From assembly GCF_003945235.1 (NCBI RefSeq), contig NZ_RSDW01000001.1, positions 3,270,001 to 3,302,000 on the forward strand: 32,000 nucleotides of DNA. The letters run 5' to 3'. A model generated the notes under the pieces. That model was not told where the DNA came from and did no database searches. It worked only from the letters and a program-made list of their open reading frames with translations. Every line of letters begins with the position of its first letter. Within the stretch, counting starts at the first letter, position 1. Below, piece after piece: positions 9,032 to 19,312 of the stretch. Both the position numbers and the translations under genes were made by a program. The stretch comes from Edaphobacter aggregans (GTDB lineage Bacteria > Acidobacteriota > Terriglobia > Terriglobales > Acidobacteriaceae).

Positions 9032-12000
9032 ATGTTCAGTCAGATCTCCACCACACCTCTTCACAAAGTGCTTCTTCGCGTCTCTCTGCTCGCAGTGTTT
9101 CTGTGCTGTCTGCCCCAACTGCTTCACGCGCAGGCCGCTGGAACTGCCAGCATTCAAGGAAGCGTCGTAGACCCGACAGGCGCCGTACTTCCTGGCGCGA
9201 CCATTTCGCTCGTTGACAGTGCGACCCAGATCAGGCGTACGGTCAACAGCGACAGCAGTGGTCTGTACACTTTTCCGAACGTCCCCGTGGGCACTTACAC
9301 CCTCAGTGTGACTGCGTCAGGTTTCCGAACCTATTCCCAGACCAACATCGTCCTCGAGGTCGGCAGCAGCATCGCTATCAATGTGACCATGGCGGTCGGC
9401 ACCAACGACCAGCGCGTCGAGGTCAAAGCCGAAGGCCTCGCCCTCCAGACCGAAGACAGCTCCTTCAAGCAGACCATCGACCAGCAGACCGTCACCGAGA
9501 TGCCGCTCAACGGTCGCCAGATGACCGGCCTCATCGCTCTTTCAGGCGGTTCTACCTCTGCCCCCGCTGGCGACTTCACCGGCAGCAAATACTCCTACGC
9601 GACCATCTCCGTCTCTATCGCCGGCGGCATGGGCAACACGACCATGTGGCGGCTCGACGGCGGCGATAACAACGACTACATGGCCAACGGCAATCTCCCA
9701 TTCCCGTTCCCGGATGCCGTCAGCCAGTTCAGCGTCGAATCCACCGCGCTCAGCTCACAGAACGGCATGCACACCGGCGGCCTCGTCAACGTCGTCACCC
9801 GCTCTGGCACCAACGCCTACCACGGTTCCGCCTTCTGGTTCATCCGAAACAACTACCTCGACGCCACCAACTTCTTCTCCACAACAAAGGACACGTTGCA
9901 CCAGAATCAGTTTGGGGGCACCTTCGGCGGCCCCATCCTTCATGACAAGCTCTTCGCCTTCGCCGCATATCAGCGCTGGGTGGCCAAACAGTCCCAGGCC
10001 GCAACCAAGGCAACCATACCCACCGCATCAAACCTCGCGGGCGACTGGTCCACTTCCGATGGGCCAACCTGCACATCCAGCGGCAAGACCATTCAGCTCG
10101 TCGACCCCCTGACCGGTACAAAACTGACGGGCAACAAATATCCGACTACTACACCCAACTACAACGCGCAATCCCTGGCGTTGATGAAATATCTGCCCGC
10201 GATCGACCCCACCTACGACACGGGCAATTGCGGATTCGTATCCTACGCCATCCCCTCTGAGATCTTCGATAACCAGTTCGTGACCCGCGTCGACTACACC
10301 ATCAATCCGAGGAACAACCTCTATGCCCGGTACTTCCTCGACGACTATGATGTCCCAGCGTTCTTCGACCCCCACAACATCCTGATCACCACACAGTCAG
10401 GTAATTCACAGCGCGTGCAGACCTTCACCCTCGCTCACGCATTCTCCATCAGCAGCAGGACGGTGAATACAGCGCACATCACCGTCATGCGGCGCCGTAA
10501 CATCCGCGGATATGCCTCCAACGACATCAACGCCGCTACGCTGGGCGTCAACATCTACCAGGGCGAGCCGAACGGCCTGCAACTGAACACGGGCAAATTC
10601 ACCATTGGCGGCGGCACAAACTCAGTCTCCCATTTCAACGACAACACGTTAGTCGTCAGCGACGATGTCACCATGCTTCGCGGTAAGCACCAGATCGTCT
10701 TCGGTGGAGAGTGGGTCCAGAATCAGCTCAACATCTCCAACGCATACGAGTCCAACGGCGTCTTCAGCTTCAGTGGCATCTTTAGCGCGAACGGTCCCAA
10801 CGGAGGAACTGCTGTCGGAGATACCAACTTGGACTTCCTCATGGGGACCCAGAACTCCTTCCAACAGAGCAAGATGCAGCAGAATGCCCTGCGCGGTCCC
10901 GTCCCCAGCCTATACGTTCAGGACACCTACCATGCCAACAAGCAACTAACCATGCTGGCTGGCCTGCGCTGGAGCCCCAACTTTATGCCCACCGATTACT
11001 TCAATCGAGGGCTCGTCTTCAACATGGCCGCGTTTTTAGCCAACCAGCATAGTTCGATCTATCCGAATGCTCCCGCCGGAGCGTTTTTCTATGGCGATCC
11101 GGGCGTTCCGCGGCAGTTTACACAGAACTCACCCTGGCAATTCTCTCCGAACGTCGGTCTGTCCTTCGACCCCTTCGGCGACGGCAAAACGGTTATCCGG
11201 GGTGGCGCCGAATTGGCCTACGACATGGTCAACTTCTTCACCGCCCAGCGCAATCAGCAGAATCCGCCCTTTGCTACCGCCATCAGCCAGACACAAACAA
11301 CCACCTCCGGTCCTATAAGCTTCTCCAGCCCCTGGTCGGTTGGCCAGATTACGACCAGCCCCTTTCCCCAGCCTGTTATTCCGGATCCAGCCACAGCACA
11401 GTTCTTTGCTCAATCCCAGTACATTGTCCTGCCCCCCCAGTTCCACCCGTCCTACACCATCCAGTGGACGGCGAGCGTTCAGCGGCAGCTTCCACGTGAC
11501 TGGCAACTCCAGGTCGACTACATCGGAAGCCACACCGTCCATGCTCCCATGGGGACTCCGATCAGCCCGGCCGTCTTCACTCCCGGCGTCTGGGGTGCAG
11601 GTGGCGCTGGTTGCTCAGGAGTCGTTCTCACAGGTCCAGCCGGAAAACCCGCCGGCGCAGCCGGAACACCCTGTTCCACCACCGCCAATCAGGCCCAGCG
11701 TTTTTATCTCACCACGCAGAACCCTCTTCAGGGCAATCAGTATTCGGGAGGCGGTCCAGGCTCGGTCCTTATCAACAACAACGGCATGGCCAACTACAAC
11801 GGCATGGTGACCACCATCCAGCATCGTCTCTCGTCTGACTTCAGCCTGCTGGCCAACTACACCTGGTCGAAGTGCCTCAACACGGCAGACGCGCAAGGTG
11901 ACCTCGCCGGCACCACGGTCCAGAATCCCAATAACCCCAGCATGGATTACGGCCCATGCGGCTCCGACTTCCGCAACGTCTTCAACGTCGTCTTTATCGC

Positions 12001-12592
12001 CAAGAGCCACTTCCAACTCGACCGAGTCGCCGCGATGTTCCTCAACAATTGGGAGATCGCGCCGCTCCTTCACATCGTCAGCGGCGCACCATTCACCGTG
12101 ACCGCAGGCCAGGACAACTCCTTCACCGACGTTGGCAACGATCGCCCGAATCTGGTTCCCGGAGTCCCGATTTATCTCAATCAGACCCTCCGATCAGCGA
12201 CCGGCGTGTCGAACCGTGGATACCTCAACCCGGCAGCATTCGCTCAGGTCACCGCCGGATGTCCAACGCCGCTCTCGCCGACGACGTGTCCCGGATACGG
12301 GACGTATGGAAATATCAGCAAAAATTCCTTCCGCGGCCCCACTGCTTACCAGTTCGATGCCCAGATCTCCCGCATCTTTCCCATCCACGAAAGTCTGGCC
12401 GCCACCTTCCGGCTGGAAGCCTTTAACGTCCTGAACCACCCGAACTTCAACATCCCGACTGGAGGGACCGTGGGAACTCTCGGCGGAACGACCGGAGGAG
12501 CCGGAGTCCTTACCTCATCCACCTTTGGCCAGGTCTCAACTACGTCCAACCAGGCCAGAGTCTTTCAGGGATCCGTGAAAATAACCTTCTAA
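9032..12592 (+). CDS. TonB-dependent outer-membrane receptor with carboxypeptidase-regulatory-like domain (paralog of 5395..8826)
   Basis: The ORF-track start (TTG 8972) falls about 10 nt after the -10 box. ATG at 9032 is preceded by AGAGGA (9019-9024) and gives MFSQISTTPLHKVLLRVSLLAVFLCCLPQLLHAQAAG (signal peptide). The protein aligns by eye with the upstream receptor along its length (IQGSVVDPTG..., EMPLNGRQMTGL, ...GSVKITF terminus). Confidence 0.88.
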   Translation: MFSQISTTPLHKVLLRVSLLAVFLCCLPQLLHAQAAGTASIQGSVVDPTGAVLPGATISLVDSATQIRRTVNSDSSGLYTFPNVPVGTYTLSVTASGFRTYSQTNIVLEVGSSIAINVTMAVGTNDQRVEVKAEGLALQTEDSSFKQTIDQQTVTEMPLNGRQMTGLIALSGGSTSAPAGDFTGSKYSYATISVSIAGGMGNTTMWRLDGGDNNDYMANGNLPFPFPDAVSQFSVESTALSSQNGMHTGGLVNVVTRSGTNAYHGSAFWFIRNNYLDATNFFSTTKDTLHQNQFGGTFGGPILHDKLFAFAAYQRWVAKQSQAATKATIPTASNLAGDWSTSDGPTCTSSGKTIQLVDPLTGTKLTGNKYPTTTPNYNAQSLALMKYLPAIDPTYDTGNCGFVSYAIPSEIFDNQFVTRVDYTINPRNNLYARYFLDDYDVPAFFDPHNILITTQSGNSQRVQTFTLAHAFSISSRTVNTAHITVMRRRNIRGYASNDINAATLGVNIYQGEPNGLQLNTGKFTIGGGTNSVSHFNDNTLVVSDDVTMLRGKHQIVFGGEWVQNQLNISNAYESNGVFSFSGIFSANGPNGGTAVGDTNLDFLMGTQNSFQQSKMQQNALRGPVPSLYVQDTYHANKQLTMLAGLRWSPNFMPTDYFNRGLVFNMAAFLANQHSSIYPNAPAGAFFYGDPGVPRQFTQNSPWQFSPNVGLSFDPFGDGKTVIRGGAELAYDMVNFFTAQRNQQNPPFATAISQTQTTTSGPISFSSPWSVGQITTSPFPQPVIPDPATAQFFAQSQYIVLPPQFHPSYTIQWTASVQRQLPRDWQLQVDYIGSHTVHAPMGTPISPAVFTPGVWGAGGAGCSGVVLTGPAGKPAGAAGTPCSTTANQAQRFYLTTQNPLQGNQYSGGGPGSVLINNNGMANYNGMVTTIQHRLSSDFSLLANYTWSKCLNTADAQGDLAGTTVQNPNNPSMDYGPCGSDFRNVFNVVFIAKSHFQLDRVAAMFLNNWEIAPLLHIVSGAPFTVTAGQDNSFTDVGNDRPNLVPGVPIYLNQTLRSATGVSNRGYLNPAAFAQVTAGCPTPLSPTTCPGYGTYGNISKNSFRGPTAYQFDAQISRIFPIHESLAATFRLEAFNVLNHPNFNIPTGGTVGTLGGTTGGAGVLTSSTFGQVSTTSNQARVFQGSVKITF

Positions 12593-12613
12593 CTTACATC
12601 GCTACAACAAACC

Positions 12614-12650
12614 AATGGCTGCCCCGCACATCCGGGACAGCCATTTTTTT
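12614..12650 (+). terminator. Intrinsic terminator of the second receptor gene
   Basis: Stem aatggctgccccg (12614-12626) pairs with ccgggacagccatt (12632-12645) with one mismatch, followed by a T-run up to 12650. It starts about 20 nt after the stop. Confidence 0.8.
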
Positions 12651-12699
12651 ACCTCGCAAATGAAACCGGCCCGCATCAAAGAACGTCTTACAATGCACC

Positions 12700-13050
12700 A
12701 TGACCAAGGCGCAGCTTCAAGATCACCTCCACTCGCTGGAAGAACGTCTTCTGCACCCCGACCGTGAGCCTGACCGTCGCGCTCTCAGCAACCTGCTCGC
12801 CGAAGACTTCCAGGAATTCTGCACCTCAGGCCGCATCTTCAACCTGCAGCAGCTCACCAGCGCGCTCCAAAACAGCAGCCCTCGCGCCGCCACCATGAGC
12901 TACTTCTACGTCACCCCGCTAGCCGATGACGTCGCCCTCGCCACCTACCACATCACCACCGCAAACTCTACCTCCCACCACTCCTCTATCTGGGTCCAGC
13001 GCAACAATCGCTGGCAGCTCCTCTTCCATCAGGGAACCATCGCCGCCTAA
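12700..13050 (+). CDS. DUF4440 / SnoaL-like (NTF2 fold) small protein
   Basis: 116 aa. Pattern LLAEDFQEFCTSGRIF ... DVALATYHIT ... WVQRNNRWQLLFHQGT is typical of NTF2-like DUF4440 proteins (family call from memory). C-ending codon usage matches other plus-strand genes here. Confidence 0.7.
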   Translation: MTKAQLQDHLHSLEERLLHPDREPDRRALSNLLAEDFQEFCTSGRIFNLQQLTSALQNSSPRAATMSYFYVTPLADDVALATYHITTANSTSHHSSIWVQRNNRWQLLFHQGTIAA

Positions 13051-13181
13051 GAATCCTCCCAATCCTCCCACTCACGCTCCTTATCCCTCGGCCCCCGCTC
13101 AAGCCGATCACCCGCATCGTCCTGCTCTTCCCACCTACGCCGCTGTTCCTGCTCTTCTCGTTCCTCGCGCCCATCGCTCAT
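13047..13181 (-). CDS. Speculative 44-aa highly charged small ORF (MSDGREEREEQEQRRRWEEQDDAGDRLERGPRDKEREWEDWEDS)
   Basis: ATG at 13181-13179 (complement), preceded by AGGAGG (complement of 13186-13191) with 4-nt spacing. Codons are mostly G-ending, like other minus-strand genes in this part of the window. Its stop (complement of 13047-13049) overlaps the TAA of the convergent DUF4440 gene. It is below the ORF-track length cut-off and no homology could be checked. Confidence 0.25.
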   Translation of the reverse strand: MSDGREEREEQEQRRRWEEQDDAGDRLERGPRDKEREWEDWEDS

Positions 13182-13287
13182 ACATCCTCCTCGCCCCCAC
13201 GGAAGATATTAACTCAACTCCTCCCCGGACTTAAAGACCCGAAAGATACGGAAAAAACCGAGGCGCAATAAACACAATCTTTCCAAC

Positions 13288-13363
13288 GAAATCCGCAGTC
13301 CACTGCAAAGATCCGCAGTCACCTCGAAAGATCGGTGTCCTCGGCGCAAATCGGTGTTAAGCC
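13288..13363. repeat. Four degenerate tandem repeats of about 20 nt
   Basis: Units are gaaATCCGCAGTCcactgc / aaagATCCGCAGTCacctcg / aaagATCGGTGTCctcggcgc / aaaTCGGTGTTaagcc. They lie just downstream of the minus-strand oxidoreductase gene. Confidence 0.45.
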
Positions 13364-13387
13364 TTTAGCCAACCCAGAAGCCGAACC

Positions 13388-15076
13388 CTACTTCTTCTCC
13401 TCGTGATACTCCTGCTCCGTATTGATCCCCCACAGAGCAGCCTTATCCACGTGACCCGCAACAATCCCATCCACCGCTGTCATCGCCGTCAGCATGCTGT
13501 GGTCTTGATTGTTGTACTTATGCATCCCATTCCGGCCCACCAGAAAAAGATTCTCGAATCCATCTGTAAACTCCCGCAGCTCGTCGAACCGGTCATACGT
13601 CCCAAAGTAGGCAGGATACGTCTTCGGCACCCGCACCACATGCCCGTCGCTCACATCCTCAGGATTCAGAATCCCGATCTTCGCAACCTCGGCAATCGCG
13701 AACCGTTTCAGGTCCTCGTCCTGCATCTTCCAAAGATCATCCGTGTCATAGCAGAAGTACTCGAGCCCAATCCAAACTTTCGTCGGGTCCTGCACCAGGT
13801 AAGGACTCCAGTTATTGAAGATCTGTAACCGTCCCAGTAACACATCCGGCTCCTGCACATAGATCCACGTATCTTTCAGCAGTCCACCGTCCGTTTCCTT
13901 CACCTTCAGTCGATCCGCGAGCAACCCAACCGTAATGAAGTCGCGATACTGCAATCCATCACTCACCTCACGCACGTTCGCCGGCACCGGAACATCGAGC
14001 GCCTGCACCAACTCGCGCATCGGCATCGTCGAGAAGAAGTATTCACCCGCAAATGTCTTTGTCTCTCCGGCCTCATTCACCGCATCGATCGAAACCACAC
14101 GATCGCCCTCGCAGTGAATCCGAACCACCTTCCACCCCATGTGGATCTCGCCGCCCTTCTCCACAATCTGATCGGCCACATGCTCCCAGAGCTGCCCCGG
14201 CCCGAACTTCGGATACATGAACCGCTCAATCAAACTCGTATCCGTGCCCTTCTGCGACAGATCACCCTTCTTCGACCCGCTGAAGGTCTTCTTCAAAAAG
14301 TGCTTCACCGCAGTCGTCAGGCTCAGCCCCTTGATCCGCTGCGCCCCCCACTCCGCCGAAATCTCATTGCAAGGCGTCCCCCAAACCTTCTCCGTATAGC
14401 TCTTGAAGAAAGTCAGATAAAGCTGCCGTCCAAATCGATTGATCAGAAAATCCTCAAGACTCTTCTCCGGTCCAATCTGGCTCACACGAGACTTCAAATA
14501 GCTCGTCCCTACCTTGAACGTTCGCACCAGCCCAAGGTTCTTCAGCGTCGCGCCGGTCAACGTAATCGGATAGTCGAAGAACTTCCGCAGATAATAAATC
14601 CGGCTCTTCCGGGGACGAATCAACATCACCAGATCCGAACTCGGTGGCTCAGCCGTCACCAGAGCCGCAACATGCTCCAGGGCTTCAGCTTCCTCAACCT
14701 CCACCTCATCCTCACTGGCCACATGATGAACAATCGGCCCTACCCCACGAAGCACCGGCTCTTCCGGCAGATGCGCTGGCACCGCTACAACGCGCTTCTT
14801 GCCCTGATAGCTGATCTCCTGCGCCGCACCGTTCTCCGCAGTCACCTCAGGCGGCATCAGGTCAATCCACCACTGCATCACGCGGTCGCTCTTCGAGAAA
14901 AACCGATGGCCCCCGATATCCATCCGGTTGCCTTTGTACTTGATCGTCCGTGAGATCCCGCCGATCTCCTGACTCGCTTCCAAGATCACCGGCGTCACAT
15001 CCGATCGCCGCAGAAGCTCCAAACCCGCCGTTAAACCCGCCGGCCCCGCACCAATAATCACCGCAGTCTTCTTCAA
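13388..15076 (-). CDS. NAD(P)/FAD-dependent oxidoreductase (amine-oxidase / UDP-galactopyranose-mutase-like flavoprotein)
   Basis: TTG start (caa at 15074-15076). N-terminal Rossmann motif [19 protein letters not shown]...ILEAS.EIGG followed by [10 protein letters not shown], typical of this flavoprotein family. 562 aa, with G-ending codon usage. Confidence 0.85.
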   Translation of the reverse strand: MKKTAVIIGAGPAGLTAGLELLRRSDVTPVILEASQEIGGISRTIKYKGNRMDIGGHRFFSKSDRVMQWWIDLMPPEVTAENGAAQEISYQGKKRVVAVPAHLPEEPVLRGVGPIVHHVASEDEVEVEEAEALEHVAALVTAEPPSSDLVMLIRPRKSRIYYLRKFFDYPITLTGATLKNLGLVRTFKVGTSYLKSRVSQIGPEKSLEDFLINRFGRQLYLTFFKSYTEKVWGTPCNEISAEWGAQRIKGLSLTTAVKHFLKKTFSGSKKGDLSQKGTDTSLIERFMYPKFGPGQLWEHVADQIVEKGGEIHMGWKVVRIHCEGDRVVSIDAVNEAGETKTFAGEYFFSTMPMRELVQALDVPVPANVREVSDGLQYRDFITVGLLADRLKVKETDGGLLKDTWIYVQEPDVLLGRLQIFNNWSPYLVQDPTKVWIGLEYFCYDTDDLWKMQDEDLKRFAIAEVAKIGILNPEDVSDGHVVRVPKTYPAYFGTYDRFDELREFTDGFENLFLVGRNGMHKYNNQDHSMLTAMTAVDGIVAGHVDKAALWGINTEQEYHEEKK

Positions 15077-15217
15077 GATGGTCCCGTCATTTTTTGAGGA
15101 TGCCCAACGCGTCGAGTATAAAGCGTCGGCCTATGTTGTGACTTATACAGCATCACCCTATCAACTCCCCCGTAAGTTGCAGGACGTGAATACTTATCGA
15201 CACCGTAAAATTAGGTA

Positions 15218-16261
15218 ATGTCACATCTACTCGTCACCGGAGCCTCTGGCTTCTTCGGCGGTGTCCTCAAGCGCCGTCTCCTCCGCGAAGGCCACACCGT
15301 CGTCAACATCGACCTCGAGCCCGACGAAGACTCCCTCCCCGGCCTCACCAGCATTCAAGGCGACCTCCGCGACGCCGCTCTTCTCCAGCGCACCTTCGCC
15401 GAGCACCGCTTCGACGCTGTCTATCACGTCGCCGCCCAACTCGCCCACGGCATGAAGATGGACGAGCATCTCCTCTGGACCTCCAACGTCGACGCCACCC
15501 GTCTCCTCGCCGAAACTGCCCGCAACGCCGGCATCCGCCCTTTCGTCTTCGTCTCCACCAACTGCCTCTGGGCCTCCAACCTCGGCCATCCCGTCCAGGA
15601 AGACCGCGACATCCCAGCCCCCATCGAGCTCTACGGCAAATCCAAGCTAGCCGCCGAGCAGCTCCTGCAAGACTTCACCACCGACCTCGACGTCGTCATC
15701 ATCCGTTGCCCCACCATCATGGACGCAGGCCGCCTCGGCCTCCTCGCCATCCTCTACGAGTTCATCGACGACCACAAAACCGTCTGGGTCGTAGGCGACG
15801 GCAGCAACCGCTATCAATTCATCTACGCCGAAGACCTCGCCACCGCCTGCATCCAGGCCGCCAGCTATGGCAAATCCGACCTCTTCCACATCGGCTCCGA
15901 CGATGTAAAGTCCATGCGTCAGGTCTACGAAGCAGTCATTCAAACCTCAGGCAGCAAATCAAAAGTCCGCTCCCTGCCCAAGGCTCCGACCATCGCCGCA
16001 ATGATGGCCGCGCACAAACTCCGCGTCTCCCCTCTCGGCCCCTATCACTACAAGATGATCGCCGAAAGCTTCGTCTTCGACACCACCCGCATCAAGCAGC
16101 GCCTCAACTGGAAGCCGACCCTTACCAACGAAGAGATGCTCCTCCGCGCCTACGACTACTATGCCAAAAACCGCGCCGAAATCGCCAACCGCACCAACGT
16201 CTCCACCCATCGCAAACCCGCATCCATGGGCGTCATCCGCCTACTCAAGTGGATCTCCTGA
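15218..16261 (+). CDS. NAD-dependent epimerase/dehydratase (extended SDR family)
   Basis: Cofactor motif VTGASGFFGG and catalytic YGKSK (YxxxK). 347 aa. Divergent from the flavoprotein gene across a 141-bp spacer. Confidence 0.85.
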   Translation: MSHLLVTGASGFFGGVLKRRLLREGHTVVNIDLEPDEDSLPGLTSIQGDLRDAALLQRTFAEHRFDAVYHVAAQLAHGMKMDEHLLWTSNVDATRLLAETARNAGIRPFVFVSTNCLWASNLGHPVQEDRDIPAPIELYGKSKLAAEQLLQDFTTDLDVVIIRCPTIMDAGRLGLLAILYEFIDDHKTVWVVGDGSNRYQFIYAEDLATACIQAASYGKSDLFHIGSDDVKSMRQVYEAVIQTSGSKSKVRSLPKAPTIAAMMAAHKLRVSPLGPYHYKMIAESFVFDTTRIKQRLNWKPTLTNEEMLLRAYDYYAKNRAEIANRTNVSTHRKPASMGVIRLLKWIS

Positions 16262-16315
16262 CAGTACAGACGACACCATTACCGTAGATCGCAGTTTTTC
16301 GCCGTCGCCGTTGCC

Positions 16316-16442
16316 TTTCTAGTTGTCATCCCGTAGGGATCTGCTTCTGTAGTTGCAGTTGCACTTGCAGTTGTCCTTGCTTTTCTAGTTGTCATCCCCG
16401 AAGGGGACCTGCTTCTGCAGTTGTTCTTGCACTTGCCTTTGC
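16316..16442. repeat. Two tandem copies (about 65 and 61 nt) of a GTCATCC... intergenic repeat, each with a small hairpin
   Basis: Copy A (16316-16380) is tttctagttgtcatcccgtagggatctgcttctgtagttgcagttgcacttgcagttgtccttgc. Copy B (16382-16442) is tttctagttgtcatccccgaaggggacctgcttctgcagttgttcttgcacttgcctttgc. Hairpins are atccc-gta-gggat and tcccc-gaa-gggga. Confidence 0.6.
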
Positions 16443-16452
16443 ATCTAAATAT

Positions 16453-16513
16453 CCCAAGGCTTCAGCCTTGGGTATCTCAGTCTGGCAAAAGAGCAAAAGG
16501 GGCTTTAGCCCCT
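16453..16513. repeat. Two short GC hairpins (REP-like) between convergent epimerase and clpB genes; possible terminators
   Basis: First hairpin: cccaaggc (16453-16460), loop ttca, gccttggg (16465-16472). Second hairpin: aggggc (16498-16503), loop ttta, gcccct (16508-16513). Neither has a clear T-run. Confidence 0.4.
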
Positions 16514-16578
16514 GGGGTATGCCTTCCTCTCCAAGCCGGGGCCGAGCCCAAAAGGACCCAGCCCCAACCACTAAGGAC

Positions 16579-19227
16579 TTACTTCCTGCCACTAACCTTA
16601 AACACCAACCCATCCTTACCAGCATCGACCACCACATGGTCCCCATGCAGCACGGAACCATCCAGTATCTTCACGGCAAGCTTGTCCTGCACCATCCGCT
16701 GAATCGCCCGCTTCAAAGGCCTCGCTCCATAGGCCCGGTCATACCCAGCCTTGAAGATCGCCTTCCGCGCGCCATCCGTCAGCTCCAGCGTAATCTTCCG
16801 ATCAGCCAGCAGCTTCTGCAGATCCTTCAGCCGCAGATCGACAATATGCGTCAACTGCGACTCATCCAGCGGCCGGAACACTACAATGTCGTCCACGCGA
16901 TTCAAAAACTCCGGCCTGAAGTTCTGCCGAAGCACATCCATCACGCGGCCCTTCGCTTCCTCGAAACCATCCTCGCCCGCAGCCCACGCCGTCGCCAGCT
17001 TATCCGCGCCAATGTTCGACGTCATAATCAGCACCGTGTTCTTGAAGTCGACCGTGCGCCCTTGCGAGTCGGTCAAACGCCCATCATCCAGCACCTGCAG
17101 CAGCACATTGAACACATCCGGATGCGCCTTCTCGATCTCATCGAACAGCACCACAGCATAAGGCCGCCGACGAATAGCCTCCGTCAACTGCCCGCCTTCG
17201 TCATACCCAACATACCCGGGAGGCGCGCCCACAAGCCGCGACACAGCATGCTTCTCCATGTACTCGCTCATGTCGATCCGCACCATCGCGGCCTCGTCAT
17301 CAAACAAGAACTCAGCAAGAGCACGAGCCGTCTCCGTCTTTCCCACGCCCGTAGGCCCAAGGAAGATAAACGACCCAATCGGCCTCTTCGGATCGGACAA
17401 GCCAGCACGCGAACGCCGAATCGCATTCGATACCGCACTCAGCGCCTCATCCTGCCCAACCACGCGCTCCCGCAGACGATCCTCCATCTGCATCAGCTTC
17501 TTCGTCTCGCCCTCCAGCATCTTGCTCACCGGAATCCCCGTCCACTTCGAAACGATCGCCGCAATATCCTCCTCGTCGACCTCCTCCTTCAGCATCCGGC
17601 TCGGCTTCGACGAAACCCCCGTCGCCGCCTCCGCAGCATCCTCACGAACCGCCGCATCCTGCAACGCCGTAAGGTCGCGCAGCTCCGCCTCAAGCTTCGG
17701 AATCTCGCCGTACTGCAACTCCGCCGCCCGCTGCAGATTGCCCTTGCGCGTCTCCTCCTGCATCTGGAACCGCAGTCCATCCAGCTGCTGCTTCAGCTCC
17801 GCAATCCGGCCAATCGCACCGCGCTCCTTCTGCCAACGAGCACGTAGCCCCGCAGCCTGTTCCTTCACCCCAGCCAACTCGCGCTCAACAACAGCCAGCC
17901 GCTCCTTCGATCCGGCATCCTTCTCGCGCTTCAACGCCGCCCGCTCAATCTCAAGCGAGGTCGCCCGCCGCTCCAAATCGTCGATCTCGACCGGCACCGA
18001 GCCAATCTGAATCGCCAGCGCAGCCGCAGCCTCATCCACGAGATCGATCGCCTTATCCGGCAAAAACCGGTCCGATATGTAACGGTGGCTGAGCGTAGCC
18101 GCCGCCACAATCGCCGAGTCCTTGATCCTCACCTTGTGGTGAGCCTCATACTTCTCCTTCAGCCCGCGCAGAATCGCAACCGTGTCCTCGACATTCGGCT
18201 CGCCGACATACACCACCTGAAAACGCCGCTCCAGCGCAGCATCCTTCTCGATGTACTTGCGATACTCATTCAGCGTCGTAGCGCCAATCGCACGCAACCC
18301 GCCACGAGCCAGCGCCGGCTTCAGCATATTGCTCGCGTCCATCGCTCCTTCGGCCGCACCCGCGCCCACCAAAGTATGTAACTCATCGATGAACAAAATA
18401 ATCTCGCCGTTCGAGTCTTCAATCTCCTTCAGCACAGCCTTCAACCGCTCTTCAAACTCGCCGCGAAACTTCGCCCCAGCCACCATCGAAGCCAGATCCA
18501 AAGCACAAACCCGTTTGTTCTTCAGAATGTCCGGAACGTCCCCCATAAAGATCCTGCGGGCGAGCCCTTCCACAATCGCAGTCTTACCCACGCCAGGCTC
18601 GCCAATCAACACAGGATTATTCTTCGTCCTGCGCGAAAGCACCTGAACCACACGACGAATCTCTTCATCTCTCCCGATAACTGGGTCAAGCTTTCCGCGC
18701 CGTGCAAGGTCGGTAAGATCCTTCGCATACTTCTCCAGCGCCTGGAACTTACCCTCAGGATTCTGGTCCGTCACCCGCTGCGACCCACGCACCTCGGCCA
18801 GCGCCTTCAGGATCGACTCATGCGTCGCTCCCAAAGCTGCCAGCGCACTCTGCAGCACCGGATCACTCTTCGCCTTCGACAGCGCGAGCAGCAAATGCTC
18901 CGTCGAAACGTAATCATCCTTGAAGTTGTCCGCTTCCTTAAACCCCTGCTCCAAAACCTTCTGCAGCGCCGAGCTCAATCCAGGCTGAGCCCCACCCTGA
19001 ACCTTAGGCAGCTTCTCAATCGCCGAGTTCACCCCGCTCAGCAACTGCTCCACCGGCACCCCGATCTTCTCGAGCACCGGGATCACCACTCCATCGCGAT
19101 CCTCCAGCAGCGCTGCAAGCAAATGCAGCGGCAGCACCTCAGGATTGCCGTTCTCAGCCGCATGACTCTGCGCACCCTGGACCGCCTCCTGAGATTTCAA
19201 TGTCAACTTTTCCCACTTAATAGCCAT
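16579..19227 (-). CDS. clpB: ATP-dependent chaperone/disaggregase ClpB
   Basis: 882 aa. Clp N-domain ([34 protein letters not shown]). Two AAA+ modules with Walker A GEPGVGKT and GPTGVGKT. A long coiled-coil middle domain lies between them. RBS GAGGGA sits just upstream of ATG 19227. Confidence 0.95.
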   Translation of the reverse strand: MAIKWEKLTLKSQEAVQGAQSHAAENGNPEVLPLHLLAALLEDRDGVVIPVLEKIGVPVEQLLSGVNSAIEKLPKVQGGAQPGLSSALQKVLEQGFKEADNFKDDYVSTEHLLLALSKAKSDPVLQSALAALGATHESILKALAEVRGSQRVTDQNPEGKFQALEKYAKDLTDLARRGKLDPVIGRDEEIRRVVQVLSRRTKNNPVLIGEPGVGKTAIVEGLARRIFMGDVPDILKNKRVCALDLASMVAGAKFRGEFEERLKAVLKEIEDSNGEIILFIDELHTLVGAGAAEGAMDASNMLKPALARGGLRAIGATTLNEYRKYIEKDAALERRFQVVYVGEPNVEDTVAILRGLKEKYEAHHKVRIKDSAIVAAATLSHRYISDRFLPDKAIDLVDEAAAALAIQIGSVPVEIDDLERRATSLEIERAALKREKDAGSKERLAVVERELAGVKEQAAGLRARWQKERGAIGRIAELKQQLDGLRFQMQEETRKGNLQRAAELQYGEIPKLEAELRDLTALQDAAVREDAAEAATGVSSKPSRMLKEEVDEEDIAAIVSKWTGIPVSKMLEGETKKLMQMEDRLRERVVGQDEALSAVSNAIRRSRAGLSDPKRPIGSFIFLGPTGVGKTETARALAEFLFDDEAAMVRIDMSEYMEKHAVSRLVGAPPGYVGYDEGGQLTEAIRRRPYAVVLFDEIEKAHPDVFNVLLQVLDDGRLTDSQGRTVDFKNTVLIMTSNIGADKLATAWAAGEDGFEEAKGRVMDVLRQNFRPEFLNRVDDIVVFRPLDESQLTHIVDLRLKDLQKLLADRKITLELTDGARKAIFKAGYDRAYGARPLKRAIQRMVQDKLAVKILDGSVLHGDHVVVDAGKDGLVFKVSGRK

Positions 19228-19312
19228 GCTTCCCTCACTTTTCTCCGTTAGCTACCCACCGAAATTCACCAAATTCCGTCGCAAAAATCCTAATCCCTTT
19301 ACTGCCACATAC

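Noticed and set aside
13288-16442. Tandem repeats at 13288-13363 and 16316-16442 as possible CRISPR arrays
   Set aside because: There are only 2-4 degenerate units directly abutting with no unique spacers, and no cas genes are present. They are simple tandem or REP-like repeats.
16468-17847. 459-aa plus-strand ORF (and neighbours 17258..18010, 18251..18646, 18820..19251) overlapping clpB
   Set aside because: They are antisense to an unmistakable clpB. Their translations are R/L/Q/P/S-rich low complexity with no motifs, which is the usual long open antisense frame of high-GC DNA.
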